A stretch of 64,000 nt of DNA from Gemmatimonadota bacterium (GCA_039589315.1 JBDHHQ010000009.1:30972-94971); one strand, 5' to 3'. Counted from the first letter of the stretch, positions 18,932 to 28,881 are shown. The notes: generated from the letters alone by a model not told the origin. A program made the numbers and translations.

Positions 18932-20227
18932 GTGCTGGTGGTCGGACTCACGGGCAACGCAGCCGCGGGCAAGTCGACCGTTGCGCGGGTCTGGGCTGAG
19001 GAGGGCGTCCCCGTCATCAGCGCCGACGAGCTGGCGCGCGAAGCGGTGAGTCCGGGCTCGGAGGGGCTCGCACGCGTCGTCGACGCGTTCGGCCGCGAGA
19101 TTCTCGGGGCTGACGGAAGCCTGGACCGGGCCCGGCTCCGTGACGTCGTCTTTCGGGACGGGGGTGCCCGGGCCCGACTCGAGGAGATCCTCCATCCGCT
19201 GATCTGGCGGCTCCGCACCGAGTGGATGCGCCAGCGGGCGCTGGAGGGACACAGGATCACGGTGGCAGAGGTGCCCTTGCTGTTCGAGGCCGGGCTCGAG
19301 GCAGACTTCGACGTGACCGTGCTGGTCGACGCGCCCGAGGACCTGCGCCGAGCGCGTCTGGTCGAGCTCAGGGGAATCGAGCCCGGCGAGGCCCAGCGCA
19401 TCATGGACGCTCAGCTCGATCCTGCGATCAAGCGCGCCCGGGCCCACCACGTTCTGGAGAATACTGGGAGCCTCGAGGAGTTGGGCCGGAGCGCGCGAGC
19501 CCTCCTGACCCGGCTTCGGCGGCAGGCGGATGAGGGTGCTCGCGAGGGCTCGGACGGCCCCCGCCTTCGCCTGGACCTTCACATGCACACCTGGGATTCG
19601 TTCGACTGCCTGTCGGATCCGGACCGGGTCCTGGCCAGGGCCCGAGCCGGGGGGGTGGGGCGGATCGCCATCACGGACCACAACCGGCTGGGAGCGGCGC
19701 TGGAGATGGCTCGGCGGCATCCCGACCAGGTCATTCCCGGCGAGGAGGTGAAGACGGCCGAGGGGGTGGACATGATCGGTCTCTACCTGTCCGAAGAGAT
19801 TCCCGCGCGCACGCCGGGCCTCGAGACGTGCCGTCGGATACACGAACAGGGCGGGTTGGTGTACCTGCCTCATCCCTACGCGGCCGGGAAGGGCGGGGCG
19901 GGCCGCTGGGCAGAGGCGTGGATCGGCGACGTGGACATCGTGGAGGCGTACAACGGTCGGATCCACGACCAGCGGCTCAACGAGCGGGCGCGGGTCCTGG
20001 CGGACGCCAACGGGCTGCCCATGGGCGCCGGGTCCGACGCTCACACCCTGTGGGAGGTGGGTCGGTGCCAGGTGGACGTGCCGTGGCACCCCAACGAGCC
20101 CGCCGCTCTCCTCGGTGCCTTGCGGAACGGCGAGATCCACGGCCGCTCGGCGCCCCACGTGGTGCACGTCGCCTCGACCTGGGCCAAGCTGCGCAAGCGC
20201 CTCCCGGGCCGCCGTGGAAGCCGGTAG
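18932..20227 (+). CDS. coaE: Dephospho-CoA kinase fused to a C-terminal PHP-family phosphoesterase domain
   Basis: VGLTGNAAAGKST, LDRARL...VF, LEEILHP, EVPLLFE, ENTGS; then DLHMHT, ITDHN, GEEV, PHPY, VEAYNGR, GSDAH in the same frame. Confidence 0.9.
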   Translation: MLVVGLTGNAAAGKSTVARVWAEEGVPVISADELAREAVSPGSEGLARVVDAFGREILGADGSLDRARLRDVVFRDGGARARLEEILHPLIWRLRTEWMRQRALEGHRITVAEVPLLFEAGLEADFDVTVLVDAPEDLRRARLVELRGIEPGEAQRIMDAQLDPAIKRARAHHVLENTGSLEELGRSARALLTRLRRQADEGAREGSDGPRLRLDLHMHTWDSFDCLSDPDRVLARARAGGVGRIAITDHNRLGAALEMARRHPDQVIPGEEVKTAEGVDMIGLYLSEEIPARTPGLETCRRIHEQGGLVYLPHPYAAGKGGAGRWAEAWIGDVDIVEAYNGRIHDQRLNERARVLADANGLPMGAGSDAHTLWEVGRCQVDVPWHPNEPAALLGALRNGEIHGRSAPHVVHVASTWAKLRKRLPGRRGSR

Positions 20228-20302
20228 CTCAGCCGCTGCGGTGGACTCCGGCCGCGCTCCGCGACGATGCGGACGCCGGACGGATCCGCTACCTTCGCGC
20301 CG

Positions 20303-21364
20303 ATGAGATACACCGTACCCAGCCACCGCCTCGCTGCCGTAGAGGAAGTCCTGGGCGTGCTGACCGAGGCGCGCCGGGTCGTGCTCACCACCCACATCAA
20401 CGCCGACGGCGACGGCGCCGGATCCCAAGTCGCCCTCACCGGCTTCCTGCGGGAGCAGGGTGCCGAAGCGTGGATCGTGAACCCGACGCCATACCCGCGG
20501 CTCTTTCGCTTTCTCATTCCCGACCCGGACTGGGTCGTGCCAGCGAGTGACCCCGCGGCGGAGCAGCTCTGTCGCGACGCCGACCTGGCCGTCGTGCTGG
20601 ACACGGGCGAGGTGCCGCGGCTGGGGCGCGTCAAGCCCATGATCGACGCCGTGCCCAAGGTGGTCGTCGACCACCATCCACCCGGCACCGCGCCGATCCC
20701 AGGTGTCTCGCTCCGGGATCCCGCGGCATGCGCCACGGGCGAGCTCGTCTTCGATCTCCTGACGCGAGCCGACTGTCTCTGGGCCGAGCCGGCGGTCACG
20801 GCGCTGTACGTGGCCATCGTCACGGACACGGGGTCCTTCCGCCACAGCAATACCTCGTCCCGGTGCCACCGCATCGCCGCGGAGCTGATCGAACGGGGCG
20901 CCGACCCGGAGGAGGTCCACCGCAGCGTGTACGGGGCCTTTCCGCCACGGCGGCTCCAGCTCCTCCGGGAGGCCCTGGGGCTCCTCGGGGTGAACGAGGA
21001 CGGGACCGTCGCCTGGATGACGGTGCCTGCGGACGCCTTTCACGCTCTCGGGGCTCAGCCCGACGACCTCGAAGGCCTGGTGGACTACCCGAGGTCCCTG
21101 GACGGCGTGCAGGTGGCGGTCCTGTTCCGCCGGATCAGAAGCGGCGCGGTCAAGGTCTCGTTCCGCTCCAACGGTGAGGTCGACGTGGATCGCCTGGCCA
21201 AGTCGTTCGGCGGCGGCGGGCACGTCAAGGCTGCGGGGGCGGTGGTGCAGGGCAGCGAGGAGGCCGTGCGCAGGCGGGTCGTCGATGCAGCCGAAGCCGC
21301 CGTTCGTGCGGTCGCCTCCATCTCCGGCGCGGTGCCGGACCAGGAACCGATTCCCCAGGAATGA
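20303..21364 (+). CDS. nrnA: DHH/DHHA1 bifunctional oligoribonuclease / pAp phosphatase
   Basis: THINADGDG, VVDHH, IVTDTGSF, KVSFRS, FGGGGHVKAAG. Confidence 0.9.
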   Translation: MRYTVPSHRLAAVEEVLGVLTEARRVVLTTHINADGDGAGSQVALTGFLREQGAEAWIVNPTPYPRLFRFLIPDPDWVVPASDPAAEQLCRDADLAVVLDTGEVPRLGRVKPMIDAVPKVVVDHHPPGTAPIPGVSLRDPAACATGELVFDLLTRADCLWAEPAVTALYVAIVTDTGSFRHSNTSSRCHRIAAELIERGADPEEVHRSVYGAFPPRRLQLLREALGLLGVNEDGTVAWMTVPADAFHALGAQPDDLEGLVDYPRSLDGVQVAVLFRRIRSGAVKVSFRSNGEVDVDRLAKSFGGGGHVKAAGAVVQGSEEAVRRRVVDAAEAAVRAVASISGAVPDQEPIPQE

Positions 21365-21370
21365 TGTAGT

Positions 21371-21805
21371 GTGACCATGCCTTCGAGTCAGGAATCAGGT
21401 CCCGGAGTCCCGGAGGCCCTGCCCCGGACCCTCGACCAATTGGGTAGACGCCTGGATCCCATGCGGTTGGACACGCTGTGGATCTTCCCCCCGCTGGTGC
21501 GGGGCAGGCGGGAGCGGGGCCTCGTCGTGGCCAGCTGCTTCGCCGAGGGAGAGGACCGGCGGCGCCTGTTGACCGCGAGGTACTCGGCTGAGCGGACGGG
21601 GAAGGGGCTGGAAGTGGAGTCGGAGATCACGGAGGAAGGCGAGGCCCCGCCGGATCGGATTCCGCGCGTGGTCGACGGGGTCGTCAGGAGAAGCGGGGTC
21701 CAGAAGGGCGACCCCCGGGAGGTCGTGATCGGCGGGGAGCTCGAAGCCTTCACGGAGCTGATGAAGGAGTTCGACCCTGCACTGTTGGAGGTCGTGGAGC
21801 AGTGA
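21371..21805 (+). CDS. Hypothetical protein
   Basis: Operonic ORF with GTGA overlap to the Fur-family gene; LWIFPPLVRGRRERGLV motif; start 21371 or 21377. Confidence 0.7.
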   Translation: MTMPSSQESGPGVPEALPRTLDQLGRRLDPMRLDTLWIFPPLVRGRRERGLVVASCFAEGEDRRRLLTARYSAERTGKGLEVESEITEEGEAPPDRIPRVVDGVVRRSGVQKGDPREVVIGGELEAFTELMKEFDPALLEVVEQ

Positions 21806-22302
21806 TTCAGCAACAGGGCGCCACGCCTTTCGTCCGTCTCTTCGGGCGATATCTGCGGGAGCAGGGGCTGCCTGTCACCCAGCAGCGCGAAGTGGTGGCC
21901 GAGCTCGTGTTTTCGTCCAGCGGCCATCTGTCCGTCGACGACATCGAAGCTCGTCTCAGGAACGCGGGCGAACGCATCGGCAAGGCCACGATCTACCGCA
22001 CGCTGGACCTGTTGGTGCGAAGTCAGCTGGTGGAAGAGCACGACTTCGGCGAGGGCTTCAAGCGCTACGAGCACCGGCTTTCGGCCCAGCCGGTCCACGA
22101 GCATCTCATCTGTCTCGAGTGCGGCAAGGTGCTGGAATTCCGGAGCGAGGAGATTCGGGGCATCGAATCCCGCGTCCAGGAGGAGCACGGCTTCCTGCCC
22201 GCTCGGCATCGCCTCGACATCTACGGTCTCTGCCGGGAATGCCAGGCGGCGGGCGCCGCCCTTCCGCAGGAAGGGTTGACCTGTCCGATCGAGATGGCGT
22301 AA
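21802..22302 (+). CDS. Fur-family transcriptional regulator
   Basis: TQQREVV, HLSVDDI, IGKATIYRTL, HEHLICLECG, YGLCRECQ. Confidence 0.93.
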   Translation: MIQQQGATPFVRLFGRYLREQGLPVTQQREVVAELVFSSSGHLSVDDIEARLRNAGERIGKATIYRTLDLLVRSQLVEEHDFGEGFKRYEHRLSAQPVHEHLICLECGKVLEFRSEEIRGIESRVQEEHGFLPARHRLDIYGLCRECQAAGAALPQEGLTCPIEMA

Positions 22303-22409
22303 CAGCGCCGGGCGTCTTCGGCTCCTCCCGGGCCGGCGGTGACGCCGGTGACAGCGAGGCGCGGCGCTCGCGCGCCACACCGGTGACACGACCCCCCGAA
22401 CCTCGCACC

Positions 22410-23393
22410 ATGCCGAATCGACGAAACCCGAAAGCGCTCGGCCGCGGCTTCGCCCCCCCGGGCTCGTCGACACCCGACCCCGGCGACCCCGGTCCCGGGC
22501 TGCGGTCCGACCTCCCCTGGGAGCTCCCGCATACGTTCCTGGGCCTCGACGAGACTGCCTCCGCCCTCACCACGGCCCGCGCGCTCATCCTTCCGGTGCC
22601 GTACGAGACGACGACCAGCTATGGCGGCGGTGCACGCTCCGGGCCCGGAGCCATCCTTGAGGCCTCCCGTTACATCGAGCTCTACGACCAGGAGCTCGAT
22701 GCCGATCCGTCCACGGTGGGGATTCACACCCTGCCCGCGCTCGAGTTGACTCGGGAGGGCCCGGCGGCCGCCGCGCAGGAGCTGGAGGACGCGCATGGAC
22801 AGGTGCTGGAGGCGGCCGAGGACCGCTTCGTCGTCGCGCTGGGGGGCGAGCACGCCGTCTCCGCGCCGTTGATCCGGGCAGCCGCCCGGCGGGTGGGGCG
22901 GCGCCTCTCGGTCCTCCAGTTGGACGCCCACGCCGACCTGCGGGCAGAATACGAGGGAACGCCCCACTCCCACGCGTCCGCCATGGCCCGGGTATTGGAT
23001 CATGCCGACGTGGTCGGCGTGGGAATCCGGGGGATCAGCGCCGAGGAAGTCGCGGTGGCCCGGGCCTCGGAGGCCGTCCATCTGATCTACGCTGAAGAGA
23101 TGTGGGAGAGCGACGACTGGATGGAGCGCGCGCTCGAGCGGTTGCACGACCCGGTCTACATCACGTTCGACGTGGACTTCCTCGACCCCTCCCTCGTTCC
23201 GGCAACGGGCACGCCGGAGCCCGGAGGCGGAGATTGGTACCGGACCCTGCGGTTCCTCCGGCGCGTGTTTCGCGAGCGCGAGGTGGTCGGATGTGACGTC
23301 GTGGAGCTCGCGCCCATACCGGGGCTACACGCGCCGGACTTCCTCGTGGCCAAGCTGGTGTACAAACTCATCGGGTACCGATTCTTCGCCTGA
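22410..23393 (+). CDS. speB: Agmatinase (ureohydrolase family)
   Basis: PVPYETTTSYGGG, LGGEHAVS, LDAHADL, FDVDFLDPSLVPATGTPEPGG, DVVELAP. Confidence 0.88.
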   Translation: MPNRRNPKALGRGFAPPGSSTPDPGDPGPGLRSDLPWELPHTFLGLDETASALTTARALILPVPYETTTSYGGGARSGPGAILEASRYIELYDQELDADPSTVGIHTLPALELTREGPAAAAQELEDAHGQVLEAAEDRFVVALGGEHAVSAPLIRAAARRVGRRLSVLQLDAHADLRAEYEGTPHSHASAMARVLDHADVVGVGIRGISAEEVAVARASEAVHLIYAEEMWESDDWMERALERLHDPVYITFDVDFLDPSLVPATGTPEPGGGDWYRTLRFLRRVFREREVVGCDVVELAPIPGLHAPDFLVAKLVYKLIGYRFFA

Positions 23394-23401
23394 TTCGGAG
23401 G

Positions 23402-25078
23402 TTGTCCTTGCCCGACTCACGAACCCAGCCACACCGGAGTCCTCTGCCGGCCCGCCTGGCGGAAGCACCGCCCGAGTCGGACGCGGCCAGTCATTTTCCC
23501 GTCCGGGCCCTGGAGCGGGCCACGGGCGCCAAGCAGGTGGGCGGGAATGCCGTCAGGCTGCAGGTTGAGGGCCCCGGGACCTTCGACGCCTGGCTGGATG
23601 CCATCGACGGGGCCGAGCGGTTCGTCCACTTCGAGAACTACATCGTCCGGGACGACCGTGTAGGCCGGGCATTCCGCGACGCGTTGACGGCCAAAGCACG
23701 GCAGGGCGTGCCGGTCCGGGTGCTGCACGACTGGGTGGGATGTTGGGCCACCCGCCGAGGGTATTGGAAGCCATTCCGTGAAGCGGGCGTCGAGGTCCGA
23801 GCCTTCAATCCACCGAGCCTCAAGGACCCGTTCGGACTCCTCCAGCGTGACCACCGGAAGCTCGTTTGTGTGGATGGCCGGGTCGCGTACGTCGGAGGGT
23901 TCTGTGTTGGAGAGGAGTGGGCCGGCGGCAAGGGTGCACCTCCCTGGAGGGACACGGGCGTCGAGATCCGCGGACCGGCCGCCACCGTGGCGGCCCGGGC
24001 GTTCGAGACGATCTGGACCCGGGTCGGGGCGCCCGTCGATGCGGAGGTCCGGGCCAGGCGGGTCCGGACGGTCCGGGAGGGCACCACGCCCGTGTGGATC
24101 ATCCAGGGTATCCCCTGGCGGTCACGCGTCTACCGGGCCACGCAGCTGGTAGCGGCCAGCGCCAAGAGCCGAATCTGGATCACCGACCCGTACTTCGTGG
24201 CCCCCCGGCCGGTGGCCGAGGCCCTGGCGGCGGCCGCCATGGACGGCGTAGACGTGCGCATCCTCGTGCCCGGCCACAACAACTGGCCCTGGGTCGGGAG
24301 CCTCTCCCGCGGCGGGTACCGCTTCCTCCTTCGCGCCGGCGTCCGCATCTTCGAGTGGCAAGGGCCCATGATCCACGCCAAGACCGCCGTTGCGGACAGC
24401 ATCTGGTGTCGGGTGGGGTCCTCGAACCTGAATGCGGCCAGCCTGCTCGGGAACTGGGAGATCGATGTAGGCATTCTTGACCGGAGCCTGGCGGAGCAGC
24501 TGGAAGCGACCTTTCTCGCCGATCTGACCCTCGGCGTCGAGATCGTCCTGCCCAGGCGGGTGCGGCAGGTGCGCGGGTTGGTGTTGCCCGACACGCAGGC
24601 TGCAGGCGAGGCGCCTCGGCAGACGTCGTTGGAGCCGCCGGAACGTCTTCAGGACAGGCTGGAGCACTGGCGTTCCCCGGCCGCCGGCAGAGTGGGCTGG
24701 CGGGTCGCGGACCTGGTCCGGGCCGGTTCCGCGCTGGGAGACGCGATCGCGGGGCACCGTACCCTGGGGCGTGAAGACCGAGCCGTGCTGAGCACCGTCT
24801 CGGTGGGCATGCTCGTGGCTGCGCTGTTGGCGGCGGTCTTTCCGCGGATCGTCGGATGGGCGTTCGCCCTGCTCCTGGGCTGGCTGGGCATCGTCGTATC
24901 CGTCCGGGTGCTGGTGCAGGTCAGGCGCGGGCGTCGGGAAGAGGCGACGCTGAAGTCGCTGGACTCGCACGCATTGCCGGAAGACGAGCCTCCGCTCGTA
25001 GCGGAGGGGCACGACCGATATCATCCCGACGACCCGGGGGCGGGCGTCGAGGAAACGACCTCAACGGAGCCGGAATAG
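23402..25078 (+). CDS. Phospholipase D-family cardiolipin synthase-like protein with C-terminal TM hairpin
   Basis: Two HKD motifs (DHRKLVCVDG, IHAKTAVAD), WRDTGV, GSSNLN; hydrophobic helices near the C-terminus. Confidence 0.88.
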   Translation: MSLPDSRTQPHRSPLPARLAEAPPESDAASHFPVRALERATGAKQVGGNAVRLQVEGPGTFDAWLDAIDGAERFVHFENYIVRDDRVGRAFRDALTAKARQGVPVRVLHDWVGCWATRRGYWKPFREAGVEVRAFNPPSLKDPFGLLQRDHRKLVCVDGRVAYVGGFCVGEEWAGGKGAPPWRDTGVEIRGPAATVAARAFETIWTRVGAPVDAEVRARRVRTVREGTTPVWIIQGIPWRSRVYRATQLVAASAKSRIWITDPYFVAPRPVAEALAAAAMDGVDVRILVPGHNNWPWVGSLSRGGYRFLLRAGVRIFEWQGPMIHAKTAVADSIWCRVGSSNLNAASLLGNWEIDVGILDRSLAEQLEATFLADLTLGVEIVLPRRVRQVRGLVLPDTQAAGEAPRQTSLEPPERLQDRLEHWRSPAAGRVGWRVADLVRAGSALGDAIAGHRTLGREDRAVLSTVSVGMLVAALLAAVFPRIVGWAFALLLGWLGIVVSVRVLVQVRRGRREEATLKSLDSHALPEDEPPLVAEGHDRYHPDDPGAGVEETTSTEPE

Positions 25079-25807
25079 ATGAACGAGTCCATCGGATTGG
25101 CCGTGGCCTTCAGCGCGGGCCTCCTCTCCTTTCTGTCGCCGTGCGTGCTCCCGCTCGTGCCGAGCTACCTGTCCTTCGTCACCGGGATGTCCCTGGAGGA
25201 CCTCCAGGAGGGCGTGGACCGACGGAACACGATGATCCACTCGACGCTGTTCGTCGTGGGGTTCAGCGCCATCTTCATGCTGCTCGGCGCGTCGGCCTCG
25301 TTCCTGGGACAGTTCTTCCGGTACTATGAGGTATGGATCGCCCGGATCGGGGGGCTGATCATCGTCTTGCTCGGGCTCCATCTGGCCGGGGCCTTCAGGC
25401 TCACCCCCCTGCTGCGGGAAAAGCGGTTTCACGTCCACGACAAGCCGGCCGGGTACCTGGGCACGCTCGGGGTGGGAGCCGCGTTCGGGGCCGGCTGGAC
25501 GCCGTGCATCGGTCCGGTCCTCGGGGCGATCCTGACCTTCGCCGCGTCGCGGGACGCGTTCTGGTCGGGGGTGGGCCTGCTGGGCGTCTACTCACTCGGC
25601 CTGGCCGTGCCGTTCCTGCTCTCGGCGCTGGCGATGGAGAGGTTCCTCGAGGTGTTCGCCCGGTTTCGCCGTTTCCTGCCCACTGTCCAGGTGGCCTCCG
25701 GCGTGCTCCTCGTCGTCCTCGGCGTGCTGCTCATGACCGGGACGTTCACCATCTTGAGCTCGTACCTGACCCAGTTCACGCCGGAGTGGATTCTCGACCG
25801 GATCTGA
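25079..25807 (+). CDS. ccdA: Cytochrome c biogenesis protein CcdA (DsbD-beta-like)
   Basis: AGLLSFLSPCVLPLVPSY and GWTPCIGPVLG cysteine motifs. Confidence 0.93.
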   Translation: MNESIGLAVAFSAGLLSFLSPCVLPLVPSYLSFVTGMSLEDLQEGVDRRNTMIHSTLFVVGFSAIFMLLGASASFLGQFFRYYEVWIARIGGLIIVLLGLHLAGAFRLTPLLREKRFHVHDKPAGYLGTLGVGAAFGAGWTPCIGPVLGAILTFAASRDAFWSGVGLLGVYSLGLAVPFLLSALAMERFLEVFARFRRFLPTVQVASGVLLVVLGVLLMTGTFTILSSYLTQFTPEWILDRI

Positions 25808-25844
25808 TCCCGGCTTCGATCGGGTCGGGTGCTCGAGGCGCTCC

Positions 25845-27644
25845 CTAGTCGCCGGTGACCTCGGCCTCGATGGCCTGCTCGAGCATCTGACGGCGCAAGA
25901 GCGTGGCGTACACGCCGTCGGCGTCGATGAGCTCGTCGTGGGTGCCGCGCTCGACGATGAGGCCGTCTTCCAGCACCAGGATCAGGTCCGCGTGCATGAC
26001 CGCGCTGACCCGGTGGCTGATGACGAAGGACGTGCGGCGAGCGAGCACGTCCCGCAGGTCCCGCAGAATCCGGGCCTCCGTGTGGGTGTCCACGGCGCTG
26101 AGCGCGTCGTCCAGGATCAGGACGACGGGGTCCCGCGCCACGGCTCGAGCGAGCGTGGCCCGCTGCTTCTGGCCGCCCGAGAGGTTGATGCCCCGTTCGC
26201 CCAGGTAGGTGCCGTAGCCGTCCGGGAAGTCGTTGATGGACTCGTCGAGCTGGGCGACCCGAGCGGCCTCGTACACTTCCTCCGGCGGCTCGGCGCCGTC
26301 GCGTCCCCAGGGGGTATCTCGGCGTGAAGCGGCCTCTGCCAGGCCCAGTCCGATGTTCTCCGCGATCGTGTCGGAGAAGAGGAACGGGTCCTGCGGTACG
26401 ACGCCCACTGCGCGCCTCAGATCGGCCGGATCGTAGTCGCGCACGTCAGCGCCTCCGACTTGCACTCGGCCACGGGTGGTGTCATACAGCCGGGGAATCA
26501 GCGAGACCAGGGTGCTCTTGCCGGAGCCGGTGCCGCCGACGACGGCCACCGTCTGGCCAGGAAGCGCGGTGAAGCTCACCTCTCGCAACACCCATCGCTT
26601 CGTGTCCGGGTAGCGGAACCAGACGTCCTCGAAGACCACCTGGCCGGAGAGCCTGTGCGGGGGGGCGGGGTGCTCGGGCGCCGCCACGTCGGGCTCGCGC
26701 TCCAGGATCCTGTTGATGCGCCCCATGGAGGCAGCGCCCCGTTGGAAGAGGTTCACCACCCAACCCAGGGCGATCATGGGCCAGATCAGGAGGGCCAGGT
26801 ACACCTGGAAGGCCACGAAGTCACCGACGGTGAGGCGTCCGGCCATGACCTCGAGCCCGCCCAGCCAGAGCACGATCACCATGGCGGCGCCGGTCAGAAC
26901 GGACAGGAGGGGGTGGAACAGGCCCGCCGCCTGCACGAGCAGCATGTTGCGGTGCAGATACTCCCGGTTCTCTGCGTCGAACTGCACCGCCTGAGCCCGC
27001 TCCTGCCCGTACGCCCGGACGATGCGGACGCCGGTCAGATTCTCCTGCACGGTCGTCGTGACCGTGGAGAACTGCTCCTGGATGCGCTCGAAACGTCGAT
27101 GGATGATGCGGCCGAACCCCAAGACGACCGGAGGGACCAGCACCATGGGGATCAGGGCATAGAGCGTGAGCCGCGGGCTGATCCAGGTCATGATCGCCAG
27201 GCCCACCGCGAAGCCCACGGCCGTGTTCACCGAATACATGACCGCGGGCCCTGCGGCCATGCGGGCGGCCAGCATGTCCTGCGTGGATCGGGCCATGAGG
27301 TCGCCGGTGCGCGTCTGCCCGAAGAACCTGGCGTCCAGGCTCAGGAGACGCCGGAAGTACTTCTCCCTGAGATCGCATTCCATGCGCCGGCTGATGCCGT
27401 TCAGAAGCTCTCGCATCCCGTAGCGGCATACGCCCCCCAACGCCGTGGTGCCGACGATCAGGGCGGCGAGCATGGCCAGCGTCGTCATGGTCGTGGCCGG
27501 ATCGTCCAGGCCATCGATGGCCACCTTCAAGATGTATGGCGCCGCCTTGCCGAACGCGTTGGCGAGGACGACCAGCAACAGCCCCGCCACGAGGCCCCGG
27601 CGGTAAGGGCGGAAGAAGGGCAAGAGCGTCTTCAGCTGGCTCAT
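25845..27644 (-). CDS. ABC exporter half-transporter (TMD+NBD), degenerate-site BmrC/YheI-like subunit
   Basis: TM domain; Walker A GGTGSGKST, LSGGQKQR, Walker B LILDD (Asp in place of the catalytic Glu), SHR. Confidence 0.92.
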   Translation of the reverse strand: MSQLKTLLPFFRPYRRGLVAGLLLVVLANAFGKAAPYILKVAIDGLDDPATTMTTLAMLAALIVGTTALGGVCRYGMRELLNGISRRMECDLREKYFRRLLSLDARFFGQTRTGDLMARSTQDMLAARMAAGPAVMYSVNTAVGFAVGLAIMTWISPRLTLYALIPMVLVPPVVLGFGRIIHRRFERIQEQFSTVTTTVQENLTGVRIVRAYGQERAQAVQFDAENREYLHRNMLLVQAAGLFHPLLSVLTGAAMVIVLWLGGLEVMAGRLTVGDFVAFQVYLALLIWPMIALGWVVNLFQRGAASMGRINRILEREPDVAAPEHPAPPHRLSGQVVFEDVWFRYPDTKRWVLREVSFTALPGQTVAVVGGTGSGKSTLVSLIPRLYDTTRGRVQVGGADVRDYDPADLRRAVGVVPQDPFLFSDTIAENIGLGLAEAASRRDTPWGRDGAEPPEEVYEAARVAQLDESINDFPDGYGTYLGERGINLSGGQKQRATLARAVARDPVVLILDDALSAVDTHTEARILRDLRDVLARRTSFVISHRVSAVMHADLILVLEDGLIVERGTHDELIDADGVYATLLRRQMLEQAIEAEVTGD

Positions 27645-27802
27645 TTCACGCTCGTTCGTGTATCACCGTTCGGGTCGCCGTTCCGGCGTCCCCGGGCCGC
27701 TTGGCCGGGCGTCCGTCGCCCGGTATCGCGCCCATGCGAGCACTGGACCGCGCCCGAGCGGGAACCCGGGTCCCGCGGGCGGAAGCGCTGAGGGAAAGTC
27801 GT

Positions 27803-28855
27803 ATGGTGAGGCACGGCGGGAAAGTTCCGGTGATGCTCCTGGCGGCGGGGGCGCTGACCCTGGCGGCTTGCGGCGGGGAGGCCAGGTCCGCCGAAGGCCC
27901 GGAGGGGGAAGGCCAGAGCCACGAGGCCGTCGTCGAAGCGCCGAGCTCCGACGGTTCCGCAACGGCCGTAGCGCCCGCGCCCGGTAGCCGGGAAGCCGCG
28001 GCGCTGGCCGTCCAGGACGCCCCCGAGCCCGAAGCCGAGCCGCTCGAGGAAGAGCAGGCTCCTTCGTCCGCCGTCGTGCTGCGTCCTCGTCCGTCGCCGG
28101 CACCGGAGCCCGCGCCGGATCGCCCGGTCGAAGCGTCTCGTCCGACGGGAGGGCCCATCCCTGCTCCCCCACCTGCCGAAGAGATGGACGAGGAACCGGC
28201 GGAGCCCGACGAACCCGATCCGGAGCCCGCTCCCGACGAGCCGGCGGCAGTGTTGGAGACGCCGGCCCCGATAGTGGATCTCGCCGACGTACCCGAACCC
28301 GTCACCGAGCCCGCACCGGCTGGGCTGGTGCTGCAGCCCGGCGTCGAGATCCCGGTGACGCTGGAGGCGGACCTCTCGACCCGAAGCCATGGCCCCGGGG
28401 ACGCGTTCTACGGCTACGTCGAGGACGACGTGCTCGCGGCGGATGGCATGGTGTTGGTGCCCATGGGCGCGCGCATACGAGGCCGGGTCGTGGAGAGCCG
28501 TAAATCCACCGGGCCCAACGACTCCGCCGTGCTCGACCTGGCTTTGGAGGCGCTGATCGCCGACGGACGCAACTACCCCATGGTGGGGACGGTCGTGCGG
28601 ACCGAGATCGAGGCCCAGTCCGGTGAGAGCACCGGCCGGACAGTGGCGAAGGTCGGCGTAGGCGCCGCCGCCGGGGCAATCCTGGGGAAGCTCCTGGGCA
28701 AGAACACGGAAGCGGCCGTTGCGGGCGCCCTGGTCGGCGCGGCGGCCGGCACGGCCGCGGCGATCTCCGCCAAGGACGGCCACGCGCTCATCCCTCAGGG
28801 CTCCACCATCGTCGTACGGCTGGATCTTCCGCTGGAGCTCGAACCGAGCCGGTAG
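27803..28855 (+). CDS. Lipoprotein with Pro/Glu-rich linker and TrbI/VirB10-like C-terminal domain with glycine zipper
   Basis: Lipobox LAAC; PEPAP-rich stretch; IPVTLEADLST..GDAF, VPMGARIRGRV, GAAAGAILG...GAAAGTA, IPQGSTIVVRL. Confidence 0.65.
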   Translation: MVRHGGKVPVMLLAAGALTLAACGGEARSAEGPEGEGQSHEAVVEAPSSDGSATAVAPAPGSREAAALAVQDAPEPEAEPLEEEQAPSSAVVLRPRPSPAPEPAPDRPVEASRPTGGPIPAPPPAEEMDEEPAEPDEPDPEPAPDEPAAVLETPAPIVDLADVPEPVTEPAPAGLVLQPGVEIPVTLEADLSTRSHGPGDAFYGYVEDDVLAADGMVLVPMGARIRGRVVESRKSTGPNDSAVLDLALEALIADGRNYPMVGTVVRTEIEAQSGESTGRTVAKVGVGAAAGAILGKLLGKNTEAAVAGALVGAAAGTAAAISAKDGHALIPQGSTIVVRLDLPLELEPSR

Positions 28856-28881
28856 GAGACGAGGGGACGCCGGGTCGGGTC

